Virus record (IMG/VR): IMGVR_UViG_3300031994_000066
Origin: an uncultured virus (IMG/VR IMGVR_UViG_3300031994_000066)
Taxonomy: Duplodnaviria; Heunggongvirae; Uroviricota; Caudoviricetes
DNA: 64,000 nucleotides
Reading direction: 5' to 3' (one strand)
This document shows positions 47,797-56,578 of this stretch, one piece after another. Below the pieces are notes generated by a model. The model was not told the DNA's origin, ran no database searches, and was given only the letters and a program-made list of their open reading frames with translations. How positions within the stretch are numbered: the first letter of the stretch is position 1; every line of letters begins with the position of its first letter. A program made the position numbers and the translations under genes.

Positions 47797-47845
47797 TTAA
47801 TAAATGTTAAGTTATTCGCTACCTCAAAAATTCTTCGTATCTTTG
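47797..47845 (+). promoter_or_regulatory. Promoter with upstream TTAATAAATGTTAA element
   Basis: -7 box TATCTTTG at 47838-45; the 14-mer ends 27 nt upstream. Confidence 0.6.
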
Positions 47846-47875
47846 CAGCCGTAAACGAGCTTGTCATAAATGGTT

Positions 47876-47966
47876 GGTGTTGTGTGCTGAACGGTTAGGC
47901 GGTCGTGTCGAGGTTCTTGGAACTTTCCTTGCCGATTATATGGTGGTTCGAGTCCACCCAACACCA
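47876..47966 (+). ncRNA. tRNA-like element with an expanded anticodon arm
   Basis: Acceptor GGTGTTG/CAACACC, T-arm GGTGG-TTCGAGT-CCACC, D-like GCTGAACGGTTAGGC; about 27 nt where a 7-nt anticodon loop is expected. Confidence 0.6.
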
Positions 47967-47995
47967 CAAGGTTTAACCACAAAAATGTAACAAAA

Positions 47996-48340
47996 ATGGA
48001 AATTAACGTAATCGAACTTCTCAAACAGTTGGGTATCGCTATCGGTTCTATCTTGGTAGCAACCCAGTTCATCACCGCTTCCATCCACGGTGCGTTCAAC
48101 ATCCAGAACAGCAATGTCAACCACGCCATCTCGTGGATTGTCGCCACCCTCGCTGGTCTCGGCTTCGTCGCTTTCAACGGTCTCGACTTCGGTCTGCCTA
48201 CCGTCTGGAACTACGTTGTCGGAGGCATAGCAGGTCTGTTTGCCGGTGGTGCTTCAAACGGCTGGTACGACTGGCCTGCGTTCAAGAAAATCTTTGACGC
48301 TATCACGGAGAAATTTACTCCGGCAAAGTACAAAAAGTAA
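47996..48340 (+). CDS. Small 3-TM membrane protein (holin-like)
   Basis: Three hydrophobic segments; GGASNGWYD; basic C-terminus. Confidence 0.65.
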   Translation: MEINVIELLKQLGIAIGSILVATQFITASIHGAFNIQNSNVNHAISWIVATLAGLGFVAFNGLDFGLPTVWNYVVGGIAGLFAGGASNGWYDWPAFKKIFDAITEKFTPAKYKK

Positions 48341-48376
48341 TCATTGAAAACATAAGTTGTAAGTTTATTGATTGCA

Positions 48377-48468
48377 GAGAGGCAAAGTAGTTTAATCCCC
48401 CTATTGGGGAGTCGCGCAAAATAACGTCTCACGTTGAATGTTGGTTCAAATCCAGCCTTTAGCCTCTC
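48377..48468 (+). ncRNA. Aberrant tRNA-like element
   Basis: Terminal stem GAGAGGC-AAAG/CTTT-A-GCCTCTC, T-arm GTTGG-TTCAAAT-CCAGC, inserted CCCC-CTATT-GGGG hairpin, no canonical anticodon arm. Confidence 0.45.
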
Positions 48469-48473
48469 AATGC

Positions 48474-48546
48474 ACCGTCGTAACTCAGTCGGCAGAGTAC
48501 CACCCTTTTAAGGTGGGAGTCGTGAGTTCGAGCCTCACCGACGGTA
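48474..48546 (+). tRNA. tRNA-Lys(TTT)
   Basis: ACCGTCG/CGACGGT acceptor, ACTC/GAGT D-stem, CCACC-CTTTTAA-GGTGG anticodon arm, GTGAG-TTCGAGC-CTCAC T-arm; CCA not encoded. Confidence 0.92.
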
Positions 48547-48567
48547 CTAACATTAAAAGTTCCAGTT

Positions 48568-49248
48568 ATGAGCAATACATACAACAACATCGCAATTACA
48601 GAAGCTGGTAAAGAGAACGCTTTTACCTATGCCACCTACACCATCATCTACATCAACGACTGTGCCGCCAATGCAGCACTCGATGTGTGCCGTGCGCTTG
48701 ACAAGGCAAACTACAAAGGCAACGGAGCAAAGAAGATATGCCGTGGTCTCAAGAACAGAGCGACGGAATACTTCGACCTCTTCAACAAAATCTTTGAGCC
48801 TACACTCGACACCATAGCAGAGTTCTCTTGCGTGTACGATGACTTCTGCGACCAGCCTATCAACCGTTTCCGTCGCCTCATCAAAGAGAGCCTTGACGAG
48901 CAGAACGTCAACAATGCAGAGTTTATTTCCTACGTCGAAACGTGCCGTGCCGTCTGCGAGATGGCCTGTGCGATGAACGACAATATGGTCAAGAAGATGC
49001 TCCCTATCGACAAGGCAGCACTCTCCCTCAAGAACTGGAGGCTTACAAAGTTGAGTGCCGTTGCAAACGACCTCGCGGAGTTCGCCTATGAGACCTCCAA
49101 TGCACAAGGCATAGACCTTAACAAGAACAAGCCCCTCCTCGCGGAGTTCGATAAGTGGATTGAGAACATCTTTCTATACGACAATTTCAAGGCAGCGTAC
49201 AAGGCTGCGTCAGAGAATATCAACAGTAAAATCAATAACAACAATTAA
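48568..49248 (+). CDS. Hypothetical helical protein
   Basis: 226-aa ORF. Confidence 0.75.
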   Translation: MSNTYNNIAITEAGKENAFTYATYTIIYINDCAANAALDVCRALDKANYKGNGAKKICRGLKNRATEYFDLFNKIFEPTLDTIAEFSCVYDDFCDQPINRFRRLIKESLDEQNVNNAEFISYVETCRAVCEMACAMNDNMVKKMLPIDKAALSLKNWRLTKLSAVANDLAEFAYETSNAQGIDLNKNKPLLAEFDKWIENIFLYDNFKAAYKAASENINSKINNNN

Positions 49249-49259
49249 ATTTTATCAGT

Positions 49260-49796
49260 ATGATTACGGAAAAAAATTTCAACGTCAAATTGAGCCTCGG
49301 TGCTTTTATCGGTGCTGGCATTGCCACACTCAATGACGAACAAGGACATCCCGTTGAGGGCGTGTTCATCCCCATTCAAGCCAACAACCTCATCAAGGGC
49401 AACAAGGGCGTTTACTGCGAGCTCCGTGCGTTCCAAATGCGCGAGCCTCGTGTCAGCGAGAACGGAAAGTTCACCGACACCCACATCCTCAAGGTCGCTG
49501 TTCCCAAGGAAATCTACGACAAGATGTCGGACGAGGAGCGTCAGTCAGGCCCCATCGTCGGCTCTGTCAACTCCTACAACTCGGATAACGCACAGTCGAT
49601 GGTTCAGTACGGTTCTGCACCCACGGCAGCACAGCCTATCGCCCAGCAGCCGGTTCAGCATCCCGCACAGCAACCCTATCAGCCTCAAGGTGGCTACCCG
49701 CAGCAGCCTTACGGCGGTTATCCCCAGACTCCTCCAGTCGCACAGCCTCCAGTGGCACAGATGCCGTCTGTTGATGACCCCGATTTGCCTTTCTGA
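49260..49796 (+). CDS. Putative single-stranded DNA-binding protein
   Basis: Beta-rich N-terminal domain, P/Q-rich linker and SSB-type acidic tip DDPDLPF. Confidence 0.65.
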   Translation: MITEKNFNVKLSLGAFIGAGIATLNDEQGHPVEGVFIPIQANNLIKGNKGVYCELRAFQMREPRVSENGKFTDTHILKVAVPKEIYDKMSDEERQSGPIVGSVNSYNSDNAQSMVQYGSAPTAAQPIAQQPVQHPAQQPYQPQGGYPQQPYGGYPQTPPVAQPPVAQMPSVDDPDLPF

Positions 49797-49820
49797 TAAC
49801 TAACACAATTACAGATAGTT

Positions 49821-50297
49821 ATGGAAGTAAAATTCAAAAAACTCACACCGCAGACGTTCATTCCGCAAGCGTCTACAGAGGAAGCAGCAGGCTATGACCT
49901 CCGCATCCCAGAGACAGTAACCATCCGTCTTGGTCGCCAAGTCATCCCTCTCGGTTTCGCCATCCAGCTACCGCGAGGCTACAAAGCCGACATCGACCCT
50001 CGGAGCGGTTTCTCGTCGAAAGGTATGGAGGGTTTTTGTAGCGTCATTGATATGACAGAAAACCGCCCGTCTCGCTTCGATGCAGACGTTGTTCACGGTA
50101 TGGTTGACAGCGACTATACTGGCGGTGTCGGTGTCATCATCAACAACCGCTCTGGTTATGAGTTCATCCTCAAACGCGGTTCTCGCATCGCCCAGATGGT
50201 GATAGTCAAGCACGAGACTGTCACCTTTACAGAGGTTAAGGAACTGAATCAGACGGAACGCGGAACTGGAGGTTTTGGTCACACTGGAACAATGTAA
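49821..50297 (+). CDS. dut: Trimeric dUTPase
   Basis: AAGYDL, PRSG, GMVDSDYTG, RIAQ and RGTGGFGHTG motifs. Confidence 0.95.
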   Translation: MEVKFKKLTPQTFIPQASTEEAAGYDLRIPETVTIRLGRQVIPLGFAIQLPRGYKADIDPRSGFSSKGMEGFCSVIDMTENRPSRFDADVVHGMVDSDYTGGVGVIINNRSGYEFILKRGSRIAQMVIVKHETVTFTEVKELNQTERGTGGFGHTGTM

Positions 50298-50378
50298 ATA
50301 ACACTCATAGGAGAGAGCCGGAGAGGAGATACTAATCACATCAAAACCGTCCGGCTCGTTTTTCAAAAATACAATATT

Positions 50379-50702
50379 ATGGCAACTAAAGCATTGAAAG
50401 ATAAAATCAGAAAGCATATTGAAGACCACCTCTGCATCACAGACGAATACGCAAAGGTGGCGTATAATGTGGACGATTTGCGTCCTATCATCAACGACCT
50501 CATCCAGCTTGACGGTATGAACATCACCTCAAAGCCGTATGAGGAGAATGGAAAGCAGTATATTCTCTGGAGTTACGACCCTTGCAAGCACGTTCCCACT
50601 TGTAAGGACTGTGCCAACCGCGACGCTTGCGTTGACTTCGAGAGAGGCGACTCCAGACCGTGCATCTTTATGGTCACAGAAGACACAGGGGAGGCAAAGT
50701 GA
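50379..50702 (+). CDS. Hypothetical protein with Cys-rich C-terminus
   Basis: CKDC..C..C motif. Confidence 0.65.
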   Translation: MATKALKDKIRKHIEDHLCITDEYAKVAYNVDDLRPIINDLIQLDGMNITSKPYEENGKQYILWSYDPCKHVPTCKDCANRDACVDFERGDSRPCIFMVTEDTGEAK

Positions 50703-51121
50703 TGACAAAGGATGCGAAGAAACTCAAGAACGATTTTGAGTGTGCCGTCCACGCTTATATGATGGCGTTCTGCACCAAGCACGATTACCATTACGACCCG
50801 TCCGACTGGGTTGGTGGGGAGAAAGGTATCGGTACTATCGTGCTTGTTGGCGATATGTACTTCAACTTCGACGATATTCGGTACGACATCGACACAGACC
50901 AGCCGAAAGACCAAATCGTCAAGTGGTACGACTACTCCTATGAGTTATCGTTGCTTGGTGAGAACACCCATAACGTAAACTACGAGCACTGGTGTATGGG
51001 CTTCCGTCCATATTCTCCAGAACAGATAGAGAAGATGAAGCACCAGAAAGCCAAAATCCAGAGAATGAAAGATGACTTGGAGAAGCTGGCAAAGGAAACA
51101 CAGAACGCTGGCTCATTCTAA
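50702..51121 (+). CDS. Hypothetical phage protein
   Basis: TGATG overlap; start MTKDAK. Confidence 0.7.
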   Translation: MTKDAKKLKNDFECAVHAYMMAFCTKHDYHYDPSDWVGGEKGIGTIVLVGDMYFNFDDIRYDIDTDQPKDQIVKWYDYSYELSLLGENTHNVNYEHWCMGFRPYSPEQIEKMKHQKAKIQRMKDDLEKLAKETQNAGSF

Positions 51122-51139
51122 CAAAAAAAACTTAACAAT

Positions 51140-51439
51140 ATGGCAAATAAACGCAACGAAAGATGGTCTCTCACAGAGTACCAGTTCATCATCAAGACAA
51201 AAGGCGCTCGTACATCCCTCCACTTCCGTAACGCCGGCAGAGTCGTCGACCCGTTCCACATGTCTTTCGAGGAGGTGGAACTGGCTTATCAAGAACTCAC
51301 TCGCTGGCAAAACGAGATGGAGCGTTTCTACAAACGACAGAGAACGAAACTCAAGGTCGCAGCAGCAAAGACGAAGTTCCGTCTCTTCTGGATAATGTTG
51401 TTCAACGGCAAATATATGCCAAAGAAAAAGAAGAAATAA
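51140..51439 (+). CDS. Hypothetical protein
   Basis: ORF with A-rich leader. Confidence 0.65.
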   Translation: MANKRNERWSLTEYQFIIKTKGARTSLHFRNAGRVVDPFHMSFEEVELAYQELTRWQNEMERFYKRQRTKLKVAAAKTKFRLFWIMLFNGKYMPKKKKK

Positions 51440-51440
51440 T

Positions 51441-51671
51441 ATGGCAGAAATCAAAGAATCAGCAGACCGCGAATATTATCGTTACAAATGCAAGCATTAT
51501 TGTGACGGTAGTGGAATCTGTGGTTATTTCAGTGGATGGTCGCCCAACAGAAGAATGCACATCACTATCGGATGCACGGCAACTGCCAACTGTCCTCGAA
51601 TGAAACGATACGACAAGTTACACCCTCAAACACAACAACAAAATGGGAATGATGAAGAAAATAAGAGTTGA
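51441..51671 (+). CDS. Small Cys-rich hypothetical protein
   Basis: Operon spacing. Confidence 0.6.
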   Translation: MAEIKESADREYYRYKCKHYCDGSGICGYFSGWSPNRRMHITIGCTATANCPRMKRYDKLHPQTQQQNGNDEENKS

Positions 51672-51933
51672 TTTTATCGCATACCGCTCGGTTGTGGTAG
51701 CAGTCAACGATGAAGAAAGTGCTGTCGAGGAGGCAGAAGCCATCCTCCAGCGTAAAGAGCCAAATGTCGGCTGGGAGTACGACCAGAATTGCGACCTTAA
51801 AGAGGTCGACGATGAGCCGGAGAACCAGATTGATATTGTCCGCTGTACCTCTTGCGGAGAAGAGTATGTAGACCACTTTAACGACGGCTTGTGTCCGTTC
51901 TGCGGTCACGACGCATACGAAAATGAAGTTTAA
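51643..51933 (+). CDS. Hypothetical protein with C-terminal zinc ribbon
   Basis: CTSC..CPFC motif. Confidence 0.65.
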   Translation: MGMMKKIRVDFIAYRSVVVAVNDEESAVEEAEAILQRKEPNVGWEYDQNCDLKEVDDEPENQIDIVRCTSCGEEYVDHFNDGLCPFCGHDAYENEV

Positions 51934-51953
51934 CCCTTAACAACAATAATAAA

Positions 51954-52484
51954 ATGGATTTGAAAGTTACAGTAAACCCCGAAATGGTCGTTGTCACGAC
52001 CAGCAACAATGACCGTGTGGAAATCCACACCAACGCCCCTATGAGCCAGCCTCTCGTTGTCGAGAAGCCAGAGCCAACGTGCCAGTGCCACCAGTGCAAC
52101 GACAAGCCGGTGTCGGTTGTGTACGATGAGGACAAAAATCCCATCGGCATCCGCATCAAGACCCTCGACGAAGACTTCAGTCTTTCGCTCAAGAACCTCG
52201 GCGGTCACGACAAACAGTATGAGTGGAAAGAGATGATGGAACTCCTCAAGGAGAAAGGTCTCACCACGTTCAACTACAAGCAGGCCCACATAATCGCCGC
52301 CTATAAGGATGATGTTGACAAACTCCTCGAAGAGGTGGACGGAGAGCCTATGAACGACCACTGTTTTTGGTCTGTGTCAGAGTATTACAGCACCTATGCG
52401 TGGTTTTACAGTGGCCGCACTGGCGTTGTCGACTACGGCATTAAGAACAATTCGTATTCTGTTCGCCCGCTCCTCGCCCATTAG
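51954..52484 (+). CDS. Remote DGR target protein (176 aa) with C-terminal CLec-type variable region
   Basis: C-terminus FWSVSEYYSTYAWFYSGRTGVVDYGIKNNSYSVRPLLAH matches the TR at the nucleotide level. Confidence 0.9.
   Translation: MDLKVTVNPEMVVVTTSNNDRVEIHTNAPMSQPLVVEKPEPTCQCHQCNDKPVSVVYDEDKNPIGIRIKTLDEDFSLSLKNLGGHDKQYEWKEMMELLKEKGLTTFNYKQAHIIAAYKDDVDKLLEEVDGEPMNDHCFWSVSEYYSTYAWFYSGRTGVVDYGIKNNSYSVRPLLAH
52367..52476 (+). repeat. DGR variable region VR2
   Basis: 110 bp colinear with the TR; 15 mismatches, all at TR adenines. Confidence 0.95.
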
Positions 52485-52508
52485 TCGGTCTTAAATCTTC
52501 TAAACTTC

Positions 52509-52535
52509 GGGGAGCGACCTTGGAAGTCGCTCCCC
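52509..52535 (+). promoter_or_regulatory. DGR target-recognition hairpin downstream of VR2
   Basis: GGGGAGCGAC-CTTGGAA-GTCGCTCCCC. Confidence 0.8.
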
Positions 52536-52556
52536 ATAACAAATGAGAATACAAAA

Positions 52557-52928
52557 ATGAATAACTCACTTCAAAAACAGGTCGGCGGTCGCCACTACAA
52601 GGATTTCACTATTCAGCCAGTGGAACTATTCGCCGCTACTCGTTGGGATTACTTCCAGTCCTCAATAGCACGTTACATTCTCCGATACAAGAATAAGAAT
52701 GGCATTGAAGACCTTGAGAAAGCCATCCATATCGCACACCTCGCATCAGACCTATCCGTCGAAGAAAAAAGGTCGATTGAGAATATTCGCTATATTGAGA
52801 TGTTCTCGAAAGCGAACAACATCTCTGGAAGACAGCAAATCATTCTCGAAGACATTGAAAGCGGAAAGTGGAGTAATGTGTGCTATAGCATAACGGAACT
52901 CAAAACAGAAATGGAGGAAAAGGAATGA
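52557..52928 (+). CDS. DUF3310-family protein
   Basis: QVGGRHYK..IQPVE..RYKNKNGIEDLEKA. Confidence 0.8.
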   Translation: MNNSLQKQVGGRHYKDFTIQPVELFAATRWDYFQSSIARYILRYKNKNGIEDLEKAIHIAHLASDLSVEEKRSIENIRYIEMFSKANNISGRQQIILEDIESGKWSNVCYSITELKTEMEEKE

Positions 52929-53602
52929 ATGGTATTATGTTCAGCAAACCTCTTGGTCTGCACAACGCCGTCGAGATAGGCACGAAAAACATCACAAGGC
53001 GTATTATCAAGATTCCGAACACAAGCGAGCCTCTTGTCCTCAAGGTGGAACAGCCGGTTGGCAACCAGCCTATCTGTGCCGTTCTGTCAACGATGGACGG
53101 AATGGAGAAATTCCGTCTTTATCCAGCCTATTCCATAGGCGAGGAAATAGCCGTGTCAGAGTGTTACCGCGATGTCGTGTTCAAGCATCCAGAGCTCGAA
53201 CAACGCATCCAAAACTACACACTCTACCACAAGTATCACCAGTGCGATTACCGCGATGTCGCCGGCTACAGCAACAAGATGTTCGTCTCATCTCACCTTA
53301 TGCCTACCCGCATCAAAATAACCAACATCCGTATCGAGAAGATGCAAGACATCTCGGACGATGATTGCTACCGCGAGGGTACTCTTGACTTCCTTGAGAC
53401 ACAGAGCGTCGGCTATCCACACGGCTGTGGCTTTGTACCGACATTCGAGTACGCCACCATCAGAGACGCTTTCGCAGACCTCATCGACAGAGTGTCCGGC
53501 AAAGGCACTTGGATGTGCAATCCTTGGGTTTGGGTGTACGAGTTCAAATTGTCAATGGTCAACGGAAATCCAGTATTTTACAATCAACAAACAATAGGAT
53601 AA
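52925..53602 (+). CDS. ASCH/PUA-like phage protein
   Basis: GTKNITRR, IKITNIRIEKMQDISDDD..EG and NPWVWVYEF motifs. Confidence 0.7.
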   Translation: MNGIMFSKPLGLHNAVEIGTKNITRRIIKIPNTSEPLVLKVEQPVGNQPICAVLSTMDGMEKFRLYPAYSIGEEIAVSECYRDVVFKHPELEQRIQNYTLYHKYHQCDYRDVAGYSNKMFVSSHLMPTRIKITNIRIEKMQDISDDDCYREGTLDFLETQSVGYPHGCGFVPTFEYATIRDAFADLIDRVSGKGTWMCNPWVWVYEFKLSMVNGNPVFYNQQTIG

Positions 53603-53603
53603 A

Positions 53604-54191
53604 ATGGAAAAATTCAAAGGAAACAGAATTGAAATCGAGACATTGGAAGTCGCTGGCTTCCGCTCGGCTTTCGAGGCTCTGCGCCTCCCCAAAGGTCGTG
53701 AATGTCGCACAGAAAGCAATTTCCAGATGTCGGTCAACGGAAACTGCCTCGGAACTATCACCGACGTAACGCTCAACGAGAAAGACCTGCATCTCGCATC
53801 GTGCCTCCAGAAGAACAGCGACTGCGAGGCAAAGGTTCTCCGTGGCATCATCGCCTATGCGAAAATCACCGCACCGATGTACTTCTTCGGCGAGCTTGAG
53901 ACATACCGTCACGGTCACGAGCGTCTTTGCTCATCGTCACAGCAGCACATCGACTTTGCCCGTCTCTCCGGCGAGGAACTTGAGGCTACACGAGACCAAG
54001 TGCCGGCTGGCTACAAGTACACGAAGATTGACTTCTTCTCCTACCAGTGCCTCCGTCACATCTTCCAGTGGCGACGCAACCACCGCCTACCTATGTGGCA
54101 TACGTTCTGCGACTGGATATGCCATCTGCCTTATGCAAATGAGTTAATCCTCGTTGGTCTCGACACTGACGGCTATCCTCTCGAAAAATGA
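53604..54191 (+). CDS. Hypothetical phage protein (possibly ThyX-like fold)
   Basis: ITAPMYFFGELETY and SYQCLRHIFQWRRNHRLPMWHTFCDWI segments. Confidence 0.6.
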   Translation: MEKFKGNRIEIETLEVAGFRSAFEALRLPKGRECRTESNFQMSVNGNCLGTITDVTLNEKDLHLASCLQKNSDCEAKVLRGIIAYAKITAPMYFFGELETYRHGHERLCSSSQQHIDFARLSGEELEATRDQVPAGYKYTKIDFFSYQCLRHIFQWRRNHRLPMWHTFCDWICHLPYANELILVGLDTDGYPLEK

Positions 54192-54703
54192 AACGGAAAA
54201 TGAAAACAATACTTGTCATCATTTTAATCGGAATTACGGTGTTCTTTCTACTGCCTCACATACTATTACCGCTCATCCCAGAGATTAAAACCCAACCAGA
54301 GACCATTTCCGCACCCTCTGGAGCGTCTTTCGATGAGGTTGAGGTTATTCTTACCCAAGGCATAAAAGATAGCGTAGAATGGCAAATTTTTACCCTCGCT
54401 GTGGCAATGCAGGAGTCAAGGTGGTCGGCAACGGCTCGCAACGGTGACGCGATAGGCTTCCTACAGATACGTCCTATATGCGTCAATGAGGCAAACCGCA
54501 TCCTCGGCAGAGAGAAATACCACCACGAAGACTGTTGGTCAAAGGAGGTGTCGGTCGAGATATGGAACGTCATACAGAACCACCACAACCCAGACCACGA
54601 CCACGACAAAGCCCTTGACATCTGGAATCCCAACCATTCAGACTCGTACAAGTATGGAGTACAGTTGTACTACAACCAACTGACATCACAGAAAGAATCG
54701 TAA
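54188..54703 (+). CDS. Membrane-anchored lysozyme-like/SLT transglycosylase domain protein
   Basis: N-terminal TM helix; AVAMQES and AIGFLQI motifs. Confidence 0.7.
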   Translation: MKRKMKTILVIILIGITVFFLLPHILLPLIPEIKTQPETISAPSGASFDEVEVILTQGIKDSVEWQIFTLAVAMQESRWSATARNGDAIGFLQIRPICVNEANRILGREKYHHEDCWSKEVSVEIWNVIQNHHNPDHDHDKALDIWNPNHSDSYKYGVQLYYNQLTSQKES

Positions 54704-54714
54704 ACCACAATATT

Positions 54715-54999
54715 ATGACCAAGGAAGAGCAAATCGAAAAAGTCAAACGCCAAGTCTGCACCTACTACAAGGTGACATTCGAGCAAGTGCTTGACAAGAA
54801 CAATTCAAAGCAAGTGTCTGGAGCAAGAAATATGATGATGTATATGCTCCATTGCGACCTTGAGGTGTCTTTCGGTATCCTCGCAAAGATGTTCAACCGC
54901 ACGTCACGCAACGTCCAGATGCGTGTCGCCGATACCAAGTACATCGTAGAGAACCAGAAAAAGTATAAGCGTATCTACACAGAAATCAAAGCCATATAA
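54715..54999 (+). CDS. DnaA C-terminal-like HTH protein
   Basis: VCTYYKV..VSGARNMMMYML..ILAKMFNRTSRNV. Confidence 0.7.
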   Translation: MTKEEQIEKVKRQVCTYYKVTFEQVLDKNNSKQVSGARNMMMYMLHCDLEVSFGILAKMFNRTSRNVQMRVADTKYIVENQKKYKRIYTEIKAI

Positions 55000-55002
55000 A
55001 AA

Positions 55003-55036
55003 CCGAAAGGGGCTACTTTACGTAACCCCTCCTCGG
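55003..55036. terminator. Probable terminator between convergent operons
   Basis: Imperfect CCGA..AGGGG/CCCCT..TCGG hairpin. Confidence 0.5.
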
Positions 55037-55062
55037 CGAAATATATAGGCAAGTAAACGCTC

Positions 55063-55482
55063 TTACAAACCCACCTCTCTCCTCCAAGCCTGCACGTCAA
55101 ACGACGGACAGGCTTTTGCCGCATACTCGCGGTGTCCGCTCACTTTGTTGATACCGAAAACGGTCTTCAACGAGCGAACCAGCTCCGCGAGAGCGGCTTT
55201 CTGTTGGGGAGTTCTGGTGTCTTTCGGAGTTTTGCCATCGGCAGCACAGCCTCCAACGTAGCAGACTCCTATCGTGCCAGTGTTGTGGTTTGTCGTATGC
55301 GCACCAATCTGGTCGATAGGTCTTCCTGCGTGGATGCTACCGTCACGGTAGATGACATAGTGATACCCTATGTCTTTCCAACCATTCCCTTGTACGTGCC
55401 ACTTGCGGATTTGGTCTACTGTGTAGTCCTTACCCTCGGCAGTAGCAGTACAATGGATGATGATTTCATTTATTGGTCTCAT
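55063..55482 (-). CDS. Endolysin, N-acetylmuramoyl-L-alanine amidase (Amidase_2, T7 lysozyme-like)
   Basis: IIIHCTAT, WKDIGYHYVI, GAH, IGVCYVGG and GHRE..KACPSF motifs. Confidence 0.93.
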   Translation of the reverse strand: MRPINEIIIHCTATAEGKDYTVDQIRKWHVQGNGWKDIGYHYVIYRDGSIHAGRPIDQIGAHTTNHNTGTIGVCYVGGCAADGKTPKDTRTPQQKAALAELVRSLKTVFGINKVSGHREYAAKACPSFDVQAWRREVGL

Positions 55483-55864
55483 TTTGCTGGGCCTCCTTTG
55501 CTTTTCTGGTTTCCTCCGCAAGGAATTGCTGGAAATTGCCGTTGAGGTACTTGACAACGGCAGAGAGAAGAACCTCCATATTGTCAACCCGTTTGTCGAT
55601 GAGGGTAAGCATTTTCTTCATCTCCTCTTGGTTTCCAGAGTTCTCTGTTTGCGATTTCTTTAACAAGTCAATGACTTTCAGCATTTCTTCCTTGTAGAGA
55701 TTACCAAGTTCTATCTCGGCTTTTTGAGCTTCGACATTCGATTGAGTTGCTTGACTACTCTTGATGGTGGTGTTCTGCTTGCGGAACTTAATGGTCTCGT
55801 ATAGCGTGAACAAGAAACCACCAGAGATGAGTGTCGTGATGATTGTGTTCCAGTCAAGTTGCAT
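55466..55864 (-). CDS. Putative holin / membrane coiled-coil protein
   Basis: One N-terminal TM helix followed by a coiled coil; overlaps the amidase start. Confidence 0.6.
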   Translation of the reverse strand: MQLDWNTIITTLISGGFLFTLYETIKFRKQNTTIKSSQATQSNVEAQKAEIELGNLYKEEMLKVIDLLKKSQTENSGNQEEMKKMLTLIDKRVDNMEVLLSAVVKYLNGNFQQFLAEETRKAKEAQQNETNK

Positions 55865-55890
55865 AACACCTACCTCCTTTCCATTGACAG

Positions 55891-56247
55891 TTACGCCACG
55901 GAAGCGTAGAAGTTGACAGAACCGCGCTTGACTATCCAAGCATCACGGATTTCGCCGGTCTCAAGGTTCTTGACCATTCCGACGTTGGAGCGGATGACAA
56001 CCATACCATCCTCAACGGCAGCAACGACCAGTTCGCCTTGCTCGGTGTATTCGTGTTCCTCTTCCTTGGTCTCTTCCTCGGCGGCAGGGGGCTCGGCGAC
56101 CTCTGGAGAAGCAACATCGACTGGAGTCTCTTCCTCTACTTTGGGAGCGGTCTCGGTCTCTGTTTCCACAACCGGCTTCTCGTCAACAATAGGGGTCTTA
56201 ACCTCGGTAGTCTCGGTCTTCTTATCGGTGTTTTTCTTTCGTGCCAT
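55891..56247 (-). CDS. Hypothetical acidic low-complexity protein
   Basis: Start MARKKN; E/T/P-rich. Confidence 0.65.
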   Translation of the reverse strand: MARKKNTDKKTETTEVKTPIVDEKPVVETETETAPKVEEETPVDVASPEVAEPPAAEEETKEEEHEYTEQGELVVAAVEDGMVVIRSNVGMVKNLETGEIRDAWIVKRGSVNFYASVA

Positions 56248-56277
56248 TTTGATACGTTTTAGTTGGTTAAACATTGT

Positions 56278-56550
56278 TTATTCCTCCTCGTGCATCGGCT
56301 CGTGGTCGTCGCCTTTCTCGGCTTCCTCCTCCTCAATCTCCCGACGAAGTTCCTCAATGGCTACCTCGTTGGTGTTGTAGGTCTCGCGAGCAGCGATGTA
56401 CTCGGCTTCATCGTCGGGATAGGTTTCAGCGAAATTCAATCCCAACTTGGTGCATTTCAATGCGTGAGCATCGCTCTTCTGCATTGTGGCCAGGAGAGCC
56501 ACTTGTTCGCTCTCCAACTGACGTAATTGCTCGATTTTACTCATATTCAT
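56278..56550 (-). CDS. Hypothetical coiled-coil protein (possible tail-fibre chaperone)
   Basis: LLATMQKSDAHALKC..YIAARETYN; start uncertain. Confidence 0.6.
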   Translation of the reverse strand: MNMSKIEQLRQLESEQVALLATMQKSDAHALKCTKLGLNFAETYPDDEAEYIAARETYNTNEVAIEELRREIEEEEAEKGDDHEPMHEEE

Positions 56551-56578
56551 ATATTTTTTTGGTTTGACAATCATTTAT

